NCBI GenBank assembly: GCA_019828565.1
Contig: JAHDYR010000025.1
Coordinates: forward strand, 868,001-932,000
Reading direction: 5' to 3'
Length of the DNA: 64,000 nt
Source: Carpediemonas membranifera BICM
Lineage: Eukaryota > Protista > Fornicata
This document shows, piece by piece, positions 11,601 to 23,092 of this stretch. A model generated the notes under the pieces. That model was given only the letters and a program-made list of their open reading frames with translations, was not told the origin of the DNA and ran no database searches. Both the position numbers and the translations under genes were made by a program. Position 1 is the first letter of the stretch, and every line of letters begins with the position of its first letter.

Positions 11601-14600
11601 TGGTTTGATCCTCTTGCCAAGATGATAGCGGTGGCGGATGCGGCAGGCATAGTCCCTCCAAACAGCCTAGAACAGCCATTCATCAGGATAGCGACGGTGA
11701 ATAACGACAGCTCCTTCAGCAATCAGTTGACGGCTCAGCAAGTTTACTGGGAGTGCCCTCCTCACCGAGACCTACCGCAATCTGCTGCAGAGCTTCTGGC
11801 TCTCAACGTTCCTCCCTCGGCAGACAACTCCAAAGGAGTAGTCAAGAGGTCCTACAGAGCGCCGGATCATTGGTTTCTAGTCCCGAGAATCCCCAACAAG
11901 CCAGTGCGAGGGCTCCGCAAAGTCAGACTGAGAGGGCCCATGACTCGAGGAGACATGGATGCCCTCATACAGAAGGCAGAAACAGCATGGGTCAGCGAAG
12001 CGTGGGACCTTTCTCCGGTGTTCAAAGCTCTCCAGAGTGCCCGAGCTCACGACGGTAACTGGAGTAAGGTTGAGCCACCGGCTTCTTCCACGCCAGCTCC
12101 AAGCTTAGCCACGCGAGTCTCGCCTGCGACCTTCAGGAATCAGAGAGGGCGAAGTCAAGCAGGTAGACGACCAGTAAATGGTCACCTCTACTCGTGGAAT
12201 TGCACATCACTCAACATCACCAAGATGACTCTTGCTCTAGTACAAGACGTGGACATCATGGCCATTCAGGAGCTATGGTGGTGGGCCCAGTCCCCGGAGC
12301 TGCCCACAACGAATGACAAGGTCCTGCTATACCACGGAGTGATCAAGTCAGAGTCCGAGACAAAGCATCTAGGCGTAGGCATCATGCTGAGGAAGGAATT
12401 AGCTGAGCTCTGCACATACGTCGAGAACCAACCCCACTCTCCAAGGTTGATTCAAGCTGACCTAGGCTGCGTGTTTGTAACAGCTGGCAAACTGAAGGTC
12501 CGTGTCATGTCCATCTATAGTCCATGCACGGGAGCACAAGCCAAGAAAGAGTTCCACACTCTACTGTCCTCCGAGGTGAAGAAAGCTATTGAGCAAGGGC
12601 TCCAAGTTCTTGTCATGGGAGACTTCAACACGAACCTACTAGATCCATCGACGCTGTGGGCTACCACCCTAAAGGAGTGTGGCTTGAGACTGGTAGTGCC
12701 CGACGGCCCGACCTTCATGGACAGAGTAATTGATGGCATCGCAGCAACACCTAAGCTGGCTGATCTCATCAAGAAGCCGCTCACAGTATCCCTTGAACCC
12801 AAAGGACACAGAGCGGTTGTAGCAAGATCAGGCATAACGGGTTACTTTCGCACGAGGAGCAAGGCAACAGCAGTCCTCAACGAAAGACATGTGGCTAACG
12901 TACTTGAATGCAGCAAGGATCATCGAAAGGCGAGGACTCTCCTGAGGAACATCAGCCACCTTGATGTCGACCAAGCCTTTCAAAGCCTGACGTCGACTAT
13001 CAACCGATGGGCGTTGGTGGACACTGCGGCCTCACATGAAGTGAGAGAAGTCGAGAGAGCAGAAGACTACGACCACTGGTTTGTCGCCGGAGAGCAGATC
13101 GGTATTTCCCCTGAACGGCTCTATGAGCTCATCATTGAGGATCATCGCCACCAACATCAGCTCAAGGAGAGGACGAGCAGAGGCCCCAAAGCTCTCGTGT
13201 GCTCTGAGCTATCATCAGCAATGCTATCAGTAGCGTTAGCATCCTCGGAGAGCCACGCCCACTCAACACTCAAAGCCTACCATGCCCGAGCCAAGCGAGT
13301 CTCTGAGAGCATGGATGTCATGTCCCCTGAATTCTTTAGATACGTCCATTGGAAGCTTTTTGAAGGGGCAGGCCAGAGTGTCTGGTCTTCGCAGAGACCT
13401 GGAAGGCTTACTCAGAGGACCCGGCCTTCCTGCTACCACCACAGTAGGAGGCAGAGTGATCACCAACCGAGAAGAAGTAGCCAAGGCCTTCGAGGAGTGG
13501 TATGCGTCAGTATCATATGTGGCAGGAGCAGTAGAACCATCCATCTCTCGCCCCGATATAGAGCTCGAAATCACGGACACTCTCCTGGAAGGGGCTCTCA
13601 AATCTGCCAAGAATAGATCAGCCCCAGGCAGTGATGGACTAACCCCGGCAATTTTCAAATATTGCCCAGTCCTCAAGGAGGCGCTCAAGACTCTGCTACA
13701 GAAGTGCATTGACCAACTCAAGACCCCAGCAGAGTGGCATACCGCCGTGGTAATTCCATTGAAAAAGCCCGGCTCTACTAGCGATGCTCCTGTGGCGTTC
13801 AGACCTATCTCCCTACTTTCCACAGCCCACAAGGTGCTCGGCACAATGATGATCCGCACGATTGACCGAGACAACCCTCTTCCCCCTGAACAATACGGTG
13901 CAAGGCCGGGTGTTTCATCGGTTGATGCACTATGGGCTATTGAGCACGCGAGACGTGGGTTCAAAGCGACCCACATTGGGACTCTGGACGTGGCTAAGGC
14001 CTTTGACCGTGTCCCGAGGAGAGATGCATTGGACTCGTTGAGGGGGGAACAGAAGGGCCATTGAGATGTTGAAGGAGATGCATTTGCACACAAGGATCTC
14101 TATGCGAGGTAGCAGCACTAGCGCCGCTACCAACACAGGAGTACGGCAAGGATGCACCACTGCTCCCTTCATCTTCACAAGATACCTTGCGGAAGTCCCT
14201 CACATCATTGCAAGCTTAACCGCTCTAGGGAAGGAAGCAATTGAGAAGCTTCCTCCCGACATAGAGACCCTGAGACGAGTGGCAGCAAGGCCGTGCGTTC
14301 CCTGGATTGTCACAGTCCTGTTCGTTGATGACATTACAATAGTAGCTCCCTCCCTTAAGTGGTTGGAGGCAGCACTTACGGCGGCATGGACATGCATGCT
14401 AGCGCTATCCTTGGAGCCCAACGATAAGACCACCTATGTCTCAGAGGACGACACCCCCTCCCTCACCATCCATGGCAATCCAGTCATTAAGAGAGACGCG
14501 GTCAAGCTCCTAGGGGTCCTCTTCGATACGTCCCGAGACTTCTCCACCCAGAATAGGACTATGGGCGAAAGGATAGACAGAGAGCTACGACTACTGAGAG

Positions 14601-15463
14601 CTAGCGGCGTGATGCACTCCAAGTTCTGTCCTCGCATTGTAGAGGTCTACACCCTCCCCAAGCTGCTGTACGGGTGGAGCGTCTGGGCTAATCATAAGGC
14701 TGTCTCCCAGGTAGGCAAGCTTGCATCGGCAGCCCTAAGGATCAGCCCAACTGCATCGGAGGCGAAGTACCTGGAGCTAGGCTGGCTGCATCCAGAGGCA
14801 ATGCTCCTGCTGGACAGATTCAAGCAAGGGGTGAGATGGGCGAGAATCCATCCGGGCAAGGATCTCCCAGACTGCATTGCTGAGGCACAAGGCAGCCTTG
14901 GCCTGTCCCACTCCGACAGCCTTGACCTAGCAGCCTGTCGAGCAGCCCAGCTCTCTCACGACATAATCTGCCGTGGTAACAAAGTGGCTGTCAGGAGATA
15001 CGTCACGGAGTCGGCACTCACCCGCCCTTTTACCCGCTCTAACTACCCGGCCAGGCAGCCATACCTCGACCATCTAACGGCTGGGCCAGCGAAGCGCCTC
15101 GCGATGCTACGGCTATCGTGTCTACCAATGCCAACGAGAGGGGCTCTTCCTGACGCGTGGCAGCCGGTCAGGGGAATCCTACAGGACCTGAAGGATGAAC
15201 CGGAAGCCGCCGCAGCTCTTGAGGCATGTCCTCTCTGTCAGGGTGAGGCCATCGCCGCGGCTGTGATTGAGATCCTGACGTCCCCTACCAAGACCTTAGC
15301 AGTGCTGAGATCCAGGACGTGGGTTGTCCTGAACCAGACCCACTTGGCTAAGTGCGACCACTTCAAGATTAACCCCATCCTCCTTTTCAAGGACCCCCTG
15401 ACCCTGAGCAGGCGTGACGACGCCAAGCTCACACATATGTTGAGTGTACTTTGTGACGCGTGA
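8659..15463 (+). CDS. LINE polyprotein (~2266 aa after removing four +1 homopolymer insertions): OTU protease, 17-aa repeats, DEDDh exonuclease, APE endonuclease, RT, C-terminal CxxC
   Basis: Motifs ADGNC...LHF; VVDFE...HCALSD; SWN, AIQE, SIYSP, GDFN; GVRQG, LFVDD; CPLC. Extra bases at ~10262, ~10416, ~13357 and ~14042 account for each frame change. Confidence 0.8.
10210..10595 (+). repeat. 51-bp tandem repeat (~7.5 copies) encoding APSSVARNNIAAEGLDS
   Basis: Directly visible near-perfect units. Confidence 0.95.
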
Positions 15464-16453
15464 CTGGTAGGTTCCCTCGCTTACATAGGAAAACGCCACC
15501 GTCCTCCCCGGTCTCAGGACCTCCTCGATCATCGTCCTGAGGGAGCCCCATCGGGCTCGGAGCACAGAGTCCCGCAGCGCCAAGAGCTGGAAGTTGTGAG
15601 CTGGCCGACCCGCGTGGGTCATCTTTTTACCCTTCTTCGAAGGGGTTTTAGGCCCTCCTCTCCCTGCAGCTTCAGAACAGTACTCTTGGGCGCCGCAGCT
15701 CTGGCTTCCAATGTTATGAGAACCGTTGCCCTCCTGCGGCTGATCACCGCTCGTCTGGCTCGGGTTGTGGCCAGTGCCTGGAGGTGGACACCCCGGCACT
15801 GTATCAAAAAATAAACTCAAAAACTCAAAACTCAAAAGGTGAATCACTCTGTCCGACCTGAGGACTCTGTGGAAAACGTCCTGAACGCCATCACATTGAA
15901 CCGTAGGCGTCCTCTGTCCTGTAGGTGAAGTAGGTGGGCCAGATCTGAGCTCGAAGCCGGGACGGAGAGACGGAGTTTCCAGGGCGTCCAACTCTTGAGG
16001 AGTCTCATCTCCGGCGCTTGAACCTCTGGGTAGAGGAGAAAGACTGCTGAGGTCCAAGACCTCGGGTGTCTCTCCATCTGGATCTGGATGTTCCGAATTT
16101 TCTACCATTCTGCCCGCATAAACTGCGCGGCTCGCCTGGTCGGCGCATCACCATGCCGGAGCGAGGCGATCTCATTGCCCTCCGCTCACGGCCCGTTACC
16201 CGAGGTAACCTGTCAGCGCGATGTAACGCCAGCTAGCTGTCCTAGCCTCTAGACATACTTGCTCTACCCAACGGGGATATCCCACCGGCAACGAGCATAG
16301 TGGAATGGCTTGCAGGCACGCTTGCGAGCCCAAACCGACCGTCTCCTCGAGAGACCGCGTCAAAGAATGTCTGTTGTGGCTTACATCTGCCGTTGTAACG
16401 CGTGTCAGCCCCACCCTACCTAGCTCTCCCAGCCACTAGCTCCCGTCAGAGAT

Positions 16454-19400
16454 TTAAAGTGGTGGTTGGAGAAGGATGGAGGCCAGGTGTCCCTGGACCC
16501 CCGGGTGTGTGCGGACCCCGTTGCCCATATATCTCAGCATGCTTTTCGTGGAGGCCCACGTCCCCATGGACAGGAGGACTTCGGTACTCGTGTGGGCTAC
16601 CGCCAACTCCGTGGTGGCGCCCTTGCGGAATGAGTGCCACGAAATGTCGGTGCCGTACGCCTGGTGGATCCAGTGGCGGAGGGTTGACGCCGGTAGCGGC
16701 TTCGATAGTGAAATACCACCGGTTGAGGTGATCGCCCGCCAGATGAGGTCGTCGTCGCGGCGCGTTGCCGTGGGGACCCATGCCTTCAGGGCCCTTGCTG
16801 GGTTAAAGCGGGCCCACGATTGGTTTGGTACCAGCTTGCGGACGCCTGTGGCAGTCTTAGTTCTCGCGAACAGAAGGAGGGCATTGCCATCAGCGTCGAA
16901 CTCGACGTCTCTTCGTCTGAGCCCAAAGATCTCTGCGCCTCTACTCACGGTGATAAAGCAGAGAGCAGAAAAGAGGGCGGCCTGGAAGGCTTGGGGTGAC
17001 TTCCGACGTCTGTCTATGACCCTGCGGACTCTCGCGGACGTGACAGGCTTCGCACCCCCGGTCAGGCCTTCTACAGAGGCGACGTTCCGGGCGGCGGCGA
17101 TTATCTGCTTGGCAGCGATCGGGGGGCGCCAGTCAGACACGAGTGGGGCGGCCTCGCAAATCCAGTAGCCTTTCCTGTGTATCGACTGTGGGCCCGACGT
17201 GGTACCCTCGGTCAGAAGGAACTCTTTGAGCTGTTGCGCGTGTGAGTGGCTCGCGTTGCGGGATTGGAGGAATTTGGCGACCCAGCCCGCTGCTGTGCGG
17301 CGCGACGATTCGTTTCTGAAATGTGATAGTCGGTCGTCAGCGAGGAGGGCTTGGAACGGGTCCTCAGGATAAGCGCCACGAAGCGGATCTTGCCCTTGTC
17401 TGTCGCTGTCCAGGCTAGCTCGGACTGCAGGAGGTGTTTCGCCTGGACTCTGAGGTACAACTTGAGGGGTGTCAAACGTTTGATGGCTCGGACCTCGGGC
17501 GAGTTGAGGTCCGGGCACAGGACTATCGCCGCTGATCTCCAGTGTCGAGGGTTCCCAGTCTGGGTCGAGGCGCGTATTGTCTGGAGGCGACGACACGTCA
17601 CTCCAAGAAGGGCTATAGGAGGAGCTATATAAATCCTGACTCCCCTCCAGTCCATCTGGAAGCCGTTGTCGTGGATTGACCAGGCTATTTCTGCAAAGCC
17701 TGGTAAGGCCAGAACCTTGTCGGGGCGTGCTGTGACGTCGATCTCGACCGGCCCCCACTTGCGCATGATGGTTTCCAAGACTTCTCGGGGTGACGACCAG
17801 TCGAGCTTGGCGAACCTGGAGAGCCTGTCCGCCTGGACATTCAGGTGTCCGGCAATATGGAAGCAGTGGACGTCGAGGCGCTTGGTTTCTGCCGTGTTGT
17901 AGATGTCCTGTAGGATCTGGTGTGCGGCTGGGGGAGGTTCGGCGATCCCCGTCTGTTTACCCAGCTGATGGCAGCTGAGTTGTCGGCAAAGACTGTGAGA
18001 GAGGAGCGTGACTCCTGCTGGGGCACGAGATTGATCGCCTGAGCGATCGCGAAGAGCTCCTTGACGCCAATGTGTTCCCCCTTGAGATGAGGGGGGAAGG
18101 CACCCTGTGATGCCGCTCCCTTCTCCCCATTGAACAGGCATGCTCCCCAGCCGGACGTTGATGCGTCTGAGGTGACAGAAATCTGGAGCGTATCGCGTAT
18201 TTCCCAGTCCGCTCTTGCTTCGGCGAACCTCTTGGGTGGGCGATCGCGGAGGAGGACTTGCCACGCCGCCAGCTGCCTGCGGATTTGGCTGGAGAGGTGG
18301 ACGGTCTCCGTCGTAGGGGTGGCCTGCAGTGGTCTGAGTGCGAGGCGGGCGAACTGTGTGGTCCCTGCGAAGAATGACAGACGGCCTAGGAGCTTCTGCC
18401 AGTCTGAAGCTGTGATGGACCCGACCCGGAGGGCCTTGGAGATCGTGGCCGTGTAGGCCTCGGCCTTGTCTTTTGAGATTCTTAGGGACTCGCTTGCGGT
18501 GTCTATGTGGACACCTAGGTAGTCTACCTGCTGGGTCGGCGTGAGGACGCACTTGTTGAGGCCCGGTATCGCCCCCAGCGATAGCATGAGGTCGATGATC
18601 TGCGGGGTGACCGAAGCTAGGTACGATGGGGAGGCATGGGACACTAAGAAGTCGTCGAGATAGACCGCGATGGTCACCCCGAACCTGTGTGCGATGATCT
18701 TTGCAAGCTGTATGGTCGTGCTCTGGAACACGTACGGCGCCGCTGTCCATCCGAAGCCGAGTGTGTTGTACCTGAATGCGCGGCCGTCCGGTAGGACCAC
18801 GCCTAGGAGGGGGGAGTCTCGCGAGGCGACGCCAAGTTGGTGGTATCCCGATGCTAGGTCTATCTTGATCATGTAGTCGTTCTTGTGCAGATTGCGGACC
18901 GCCCGTCTGATGCCGAACAGACGAAACACCCTCAGCTCTGCTGTCAACTCGTTCAGGGCTCGGAGGTCGTGCACGGGGCGGACATCGTCTTTGCCCTTCG
19001 ACACCGCGAACAGGGGTGCGCTGTGACGCAGTTCGTCTATCGGGCACGGGGAGAGGACGCCCTTGGCGACTAGCTCTTCGATCTTCGGGAGTAGGCGGGG
19101 GTCCACTCGCCTTTGCGGTTCTGGTGGAGGGGGCGCAGAGGTGAGGTGGATAGGGACGCCATCCCGCAGCCAGCTTACTACCTCGGGGGAGGCACCGAGT
19201 CTTGCCCACACCGGCCACTTTTTGTTCATTGACGGGAACTGAACATCTGTGGCAAGGGCTACTTCTTGTGCTTCTTGTGAAACCCCCTTTGTTCTGGGGC
19301 TGGTCCTTTCTCTTACCCTTGGCTCTGGCTTTGGCTGCGCAGTAGGAGATGGCACGGGGGGTTTTGGTCTGGGACGTGTTGAACAAGTCGAGAAACAGTT

Positions 19401-19785
19401 CGCAGGTTGCGTCCGACCAGTTGTCGTCCTTGAGGTCCAGAAGGGTACGGCGTGCTTGGAGTTCCACCAGGAGTCTTGCTTTGAGCGGCTCGTCGTCGAG
19501 GGCGTTGACGATCACCATCACGCGGCGAAGCCACTTTGCTTCCGCCTTAAGTGGTCTCTTTGTCGGAAGCTCGCCGTATGCATCCATCTCTGCCAGTGTT
19601 TGGTCAATATCCGCTTCATCTTGTTCAGGGAAGAAATCAATTTGAGATTCCTTCGGCGGCTCGGTCTCGGGCGGCGGAGGAGGCGGATTAAGCTTTGCAA
19701 GCTGTTGCGAGATGGTAGCGATTGAGGCTTCTAGGTTATTGAGCCTCGTTGCCGTCGGATCTGGATGTTCCGAATTTTCTACCAT
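16454..19785 (-). CDS. Family B Gag-to-tyrosine-recombinase reading frame (continuous if one base is restored at ~17930-17934)
   Basis: Gag-like N-terminus MVENSEHP. YR motifs SRGAE, TKTA, HSFRKG, GTW and LRY. I checked codons 17759-17932 in the YR frame and found no stop. Confidence 0.7.
17212..19229 (-). CDS. Family B Pol: RT, RNase H and DNA N6-adenine methyltransferase-like domain (frameshift ~17930)
   Basis: KIDLASGYHQ, GFGW, YLDDF; TSDAS...KEL...ADN...NVQADRLSR; WGPVEID...YIAPP as in the DIRS/PAT MT domain. Confidence 0.85.
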
Positions 19786-20341
19786 TCTGCCCGCATAAAC
19801 TGCGCGGCTCGCCTGGTCGGCGCATCACCATGCCGGAGCGAGGCGATCTCATTGCCCTCCGCTCACGGCCCGTTACCCGAGGTAACCTGTCAGCGCGATG
19901 TAACGCCACTATAACAGAGAGCCCTCCTCTTAAATCCAACCAAAATGGGGGGCGAGTATTTACTTCGGGTGGCTTCCCCGAGCTCTTATGACAGACCCGG
20001 GTAAATCCTCGTCTCGCGATCCGGTCAGGTCCGAAACGGCTCCGACACCTGCCGATGCGTTTCGAAGTGTGACCTAAAGTGCACATTGATCGGCGCGCGC
20101 AGGTGCCAGTGATGGTCCTGTGACAGGATCCACAAAGTGTGGCTCTATAACAGAGAGCCCTCCTCTTAAATCCAACCAAAATGGGACAATCCCGCAAGAC
20201 GTCCCTGTGGGACTAAAGCTTTGGGCCGGCGAGTCTATCTCGCCTCGACCAGAGTTAAGAATTAATGATGAATCCAGGCCGGCGAGTCCGTCTCGCCTCG
20301 GCCGTTCCCCCTCGAACGCGGATGTTTAATGGAGGGGGTGG

Positions 20342-23092
20342 TTAAAAGTGGGGCCCGAGAAGGCTGAGGTTCATCCTCCTGGTGAGGTCCTCGTTTGTTC
20401 TGATGGCGTCAGCGACATAGCTGCGGAGGGAGGTGACGTCCTTCCATGTGCCCATTGAGAGGATCACCTCCAGCGGGACTCCTGATAGAGCCATCTCCGA
20501 CGCTGCCCCCTTACGGAAGCTGTGGAGACCCGTCCGTGGACCGAACAACGCCTTCACGACTCGTCGGAGGTGTGCGGCTGTGAGCGGTTTGTCTCTGCTC
20601 AGGCGCCCGTTGATTATGACTCGCCAGATGGGGGTGTCATCAGCCAGGTAGTGTGTGCCCTCGACCCAGCGTCTAAGTGCCAAGGCCGGGTTGAAGGCGG
20701 CTGATAGCCATACGTATGGTACGCGCTTCTTAACTCCCGTTAGGATGGTCTTGGTCCGCTGAATGTGTAGGAGAATGTCGCCGTTCTTGAGTAGCTCCAG
20801 GTCGGCCGGGCATAGGGAGAGTATCTCGATGCCTCTGGACACCGTCAGATAGGCGACTGCCCCAAAGAGACATGCCTGATATGACTCAAAGTCGTCACTC
20901 CGGCGCCCCAGTGCCTCGATCATCTCAGCCTTGGTGATGGCGCGCGAGCCGCCGGTAGTTCCCGCCGTGCTGGCGCCCTTAGCCGCCTGCTTAACGATGT
21001 ACTTGGAGTTGGCGGGCGGATGCCAGTCTTTGAGGAACTCCTGTAGCTGAACAATCCAGTAGCCCTTCCTCGCCACGTTCGATGGCCCGCAGAAGGAGCC
21101 TTCGTCCTTGAGGAAGGCTACAAGCTGGTCTCGATCCGACAGGCTGCGATCGCGAGAGCCTTCGAACCTGGCCACCCAGCCGGCCACCGTCCGAGCAGAC
21201 GCGTGATTAAGGTGAATCACTCTGTCCGACCTGAGGACTCTGTGGAAAACGTCCTGAACGCCATCACATTGAACCGTAGGCGTCCTCTGTCCTGTAGGTG
21301 AAGTAGGTGGGCCAGATCTGAGCTCGAAGCCGGGACGGAGAGACGGAGTTTCCAGGGCGTCCAACTCTTGAGGAGTCTCATCTCCGGCGCTTGAACCTCT
21401 GGGTAGAGGAGAAAGACTGCTGAGGTCCAAGACCTCGGGTGTCCAGTCTGAGTCTGAACTCTCGCTGTCGCTATCTTCTGGACTATGGCTGCCATAGACG
21501 AATTGGGGGCCCAGAGGACGCGACATCCAAGCCTTACGTCTACGTCCGTTGAGACTGTCTGGACTGGACCCCACTCCGCGAGGACAGATTCCATGCTGGA
21601 CTCCAGAGAGGAAGGGAGTCGTGAGAAGCCTCTGGACAGCCGATCTGCTGCCAGGTTGATGATGCCCGGAGTGTGTAGTCCACGGAGTGTCAGGTTCCGG
21701 TCCTCCGCCTCCTTCTGGATCTGGGCTAGAATGTGCAGGGCCTGAGGTGGAGCCTTCGTAGACCCCGCCTTGTTGAGCCAGGCCAGAGCTGATGTGTTGT
21801 CTGAGAAGATCGATAGCTCGCGTTGGGAACTCTGTCTGCCGATCAGACGGATGCCCTGTAGGATTCCCGCGAGCTCCTTCACGTTGATAGATTCTGCTCT
21901 TAGTTCTGGAGTGAACGTGCCCGAGGCTGAGGTCCCATACTCGCCGTGCACGGCTGCTCCCCACTTGACTCCAGATGCGTCTGTCGATACGACGAGGTCT
22001 AAGGAGGGGTGAGCGCCCCAAAGCGACTGAAGTTCTCTGATGTCTCGGACTGGGCGCTCTCTTAGCAGTAGCAGCCACTCTTGCAGTAGCTCCTTGGAGA
22101 GTGGGTCCTGTTGAAGGTGTCTCAGCCGGAGGAAAGCCCCGTGGGCGGTTGTAGCGAAGTAAGTCAGTCTCCCGAGGATCTTGGCCCAAGTCTCCTGATC
22201 GATGGTCTTGCCTGCCAGAGCCTGATGAATGTGAGAGGAGTAACGTTTGGCCTTGTCCGCCGGGAGGCGTATTGTAAAACTCGCGGAGTCTATCACGAGC
22301 CCCAGATAGACCAATGACTGAGTCGGTGCCCATTCTGACTTCTCCTCTGAGGTGAGGACACAGAGGTCGGCTAGAGTCCGCCTGATGCGCGGCACCGCCC
22401 TCCTCAGGATTTCTCGGTCGCGGTGAAATAAGAGGAAGTCGTCGAGGTAGACAACGATGGTAAGACCCGTCCGAAGGGCTAGTATCTTGGCGAGTTGGTT
22501 GGTGATCGTCTGAAACACGAACGGCGATGCGCGCCAGCCGAAGCCTAGCACTCTGTACTGAAACGCTCGTCCGTCTGGAAGATAGACTCCTAGCAGCTTG
22601 CGGTCCTCCTTCCGTACCGGTACTTGATGGTACCCGGACTTGAGGTCGAACTTGACCATCCAGTCGCCCCTCTGGAGAAGGGAGAGAGCTCTGCGCAGAC
22701 CGTAGAGCCGGAAGGATGAGCGCTCTGCCGAGCAGTCGTTCAGTATCGTGAAGTTGTGAATGATCCTCTTCGACTCGCCCTTCGGCACAGTAAACAGCGA
22801 GGCGGTGTGTCGCAGGGAAGAGGGATTCACTTGCTCTATGACGCCTGTCTCTATCAAGGAAGGAATCTGCTGGACAATGAATGGGTCGACTGTCGGCTGT
22901 TGCCTTGGTGCTGGTGGTTGACTTCTCAGACGGATCTCGACCCCGTATCGTAACCAGTTGATCACCCGTTGTGATGCTCCCAACCTCTGCCACTCCCTCC
23001 ACGCCGCGTTCATGCATGGAAAGAGGGTTAGGTGTGGGCTCTCTTGCCGGAGGATCCTGTCTGAGTGCGACCTCGGTCCTGAGCGCGGCCAC
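20342..23092 (-). CDS. Family A tyrosine recombinase ORF (long N-terminal part overlaps Pol in another frame)
   Basis: R-K-H-R-W-Y catalytic set: SRGIE, TKT, HSFRKG, GTW, LRSY. True start uncertain. Confidence 0.85.
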   Translation of the reverse strand: MAALRTEVALRQDPPAREPTPNPLSMHERGVEGVAEVGSITTGDQLVTIRGRDPSEKSTTSTKATADSRPIHCPADSFLDRDRRHRASESLFPATHRLAVYCAEGRVEEDHSQLHDTERLLGRALILPALRSAQSSLPSPEGRLDGQVRPQVRVPSSTGTEGGPQAARSLSSRRTSVSVQSARLRLARIAVRVSDDHQPTRQDTSPSDGSYHRCLPRRLPLISPRPRNPEEGGAAHQADSSRPLCPHLRGEVRMGTDSVIGLSGARDRLREFYNTPPGGQGQTLLLSHSSGSGRQDHRSGDLGQDPRETDLLRYNRPRGFPPAETPSTGPTLQGATARVAATAKRAPSPRHQRTSVALGRSPLLRPRRIDRRIWSQVGSSRARRVWDLSLGHVHSRTKSRIYQREGARGNPTGHPSDRQTEFPTRAIDLLRQHISSGLAQQGGVYEGSTSGPAHSSPDPEGGGGPEPDTPWTTHSGHHQPGSRSAVQRLLTTPFLSGVQHGICPRGVGSSPDSLNGRRRKAWMSRPLGPQFVYGSHSPEDSDSESSDSDWTPEVLDLSSLSPLPRGSSAGDETPQELDALETPSLRPGFELRSGPPTSPTGQRTPTVQCDGVQDVFHRVLRSDRVIHLNHASARTVAGWVARFEGSRDRSLSDRDQLVAFLKDEGSFCGPSNVARKGYWIVQLQEFLKDWHPPANSKYIVKQAAKGASTAGTTGGSRAITKAEMIEALGRRSDDFESYQACLFGAVAYLTVSRGIEILSLCPADLELLKNGDILLHIQRTKTILTGVKKRVPYVWLSAAFNPALALRRWVEGTHYLADDTPIWRVIINGRLSRDKPLTAAHLRRVVKALFGPRTGLHSFRKGAASEMALSGVPLEVILSMGTWKDVTSLRSYVADAIRTNEDLTRRMNLSLLGPHF
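21217..23013 (-). CDS. Family A Pol: RT, RNase H, degenerate MT-like tail
   Basis: KFDLKSGYHQ, GFGW, YLDDF, STDAS, KEL, SDN, NLAADRLSR. Confidence 0.92.
   Translation of the reverse strand: MNAAWREWQRLGASQRVINWLRYGVEIRLRSQPPAPRQQPTVDPFIVQQIPSLIETGVIEQVNPSSLRHTASLFTVPKGESKRIIHNFTILNDCSAERSSFRLYGLRRALSLLQRGDWMVKFDLKSGYHQVPVRKEDRKLLGVYLPDGRAFQYRVLGFGWRASPFVFQTITNQLAKILALRTGLTIVVYLDDFLLFHRDREILRRAVPRIRRTLADLCVLTSEEKSEWAPTQSLVYLGLVIDSASFTIRLPADKAKRYSSHIHQALAGKTIDQETWAKILGRLTYFATTAHGAFLRLRHLQQDPLSKELLQEWLLLLRERPVRDIRELQSLWGAHPSLDLVVSTDASGVKWGAAVHGEYGTSASGTFTPELRAESINVKELAGILQGIRLIGRQSSQRELSIFSDNTSALAWLNKAGSTKAPPQALHILAQIQKEAEDRNLTLRGLHTPGIINLAADRLSRGFSRLPSSLESSMESVLAEWGPVQTVSTDVDVRLGCRVLWAPNSSMAAIVQKIATARVQTQTGHPRSWTSAVFLLYPEVQAPEMRLLKSWTPWKLRLSVPASSSDLAHLLHLQDRGRLRFNVMAFRTFSTESSGRTE

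Larger units (their letters stand above)
8646..15835 (+). mobile_element. Non-LTR (APE-type LINE) retrotransposon, apparently full length
   Basis: 14-bp TSD AAGGTGAATCACTC at 8632..8645 and 15836..15849; the empty site is visible in copy 2 at ~21209. 3' end has AATAAA and a (CTCAAAA)n tail. APE and RT domains. Confidence 0.93.
7315..16070 (-). mobile_element. YR retrotransposon family A, copy 1 (3' part only, interrupted by a LINE)
   Basis: Nearly identical to 19909..21443. Repeats: B2 7315..7371, A2 7470..7550, B1 7551..7607. YR coding region at 7764..8645 and 15850..16070. Confidence 0.9.
16080..19908 (-). mobile_element. YR retrotransposon family B (3'-terminal B repeat missing)
   Basis: 152-bp direct repeats at 16080..16231 and 19757..19908. 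Encodes gag, RT/RNase H/MT-like and YR. Confidence 0.88.

Noticed and set aside
16080-19908. 152-bp direct repeats as LTRs of an LTR retrotransposon
   Set aside because: Element encodes YR rather than a DDE integrase and has no TG...CA ends or TSD; better explained as A1/A2 split repeats.
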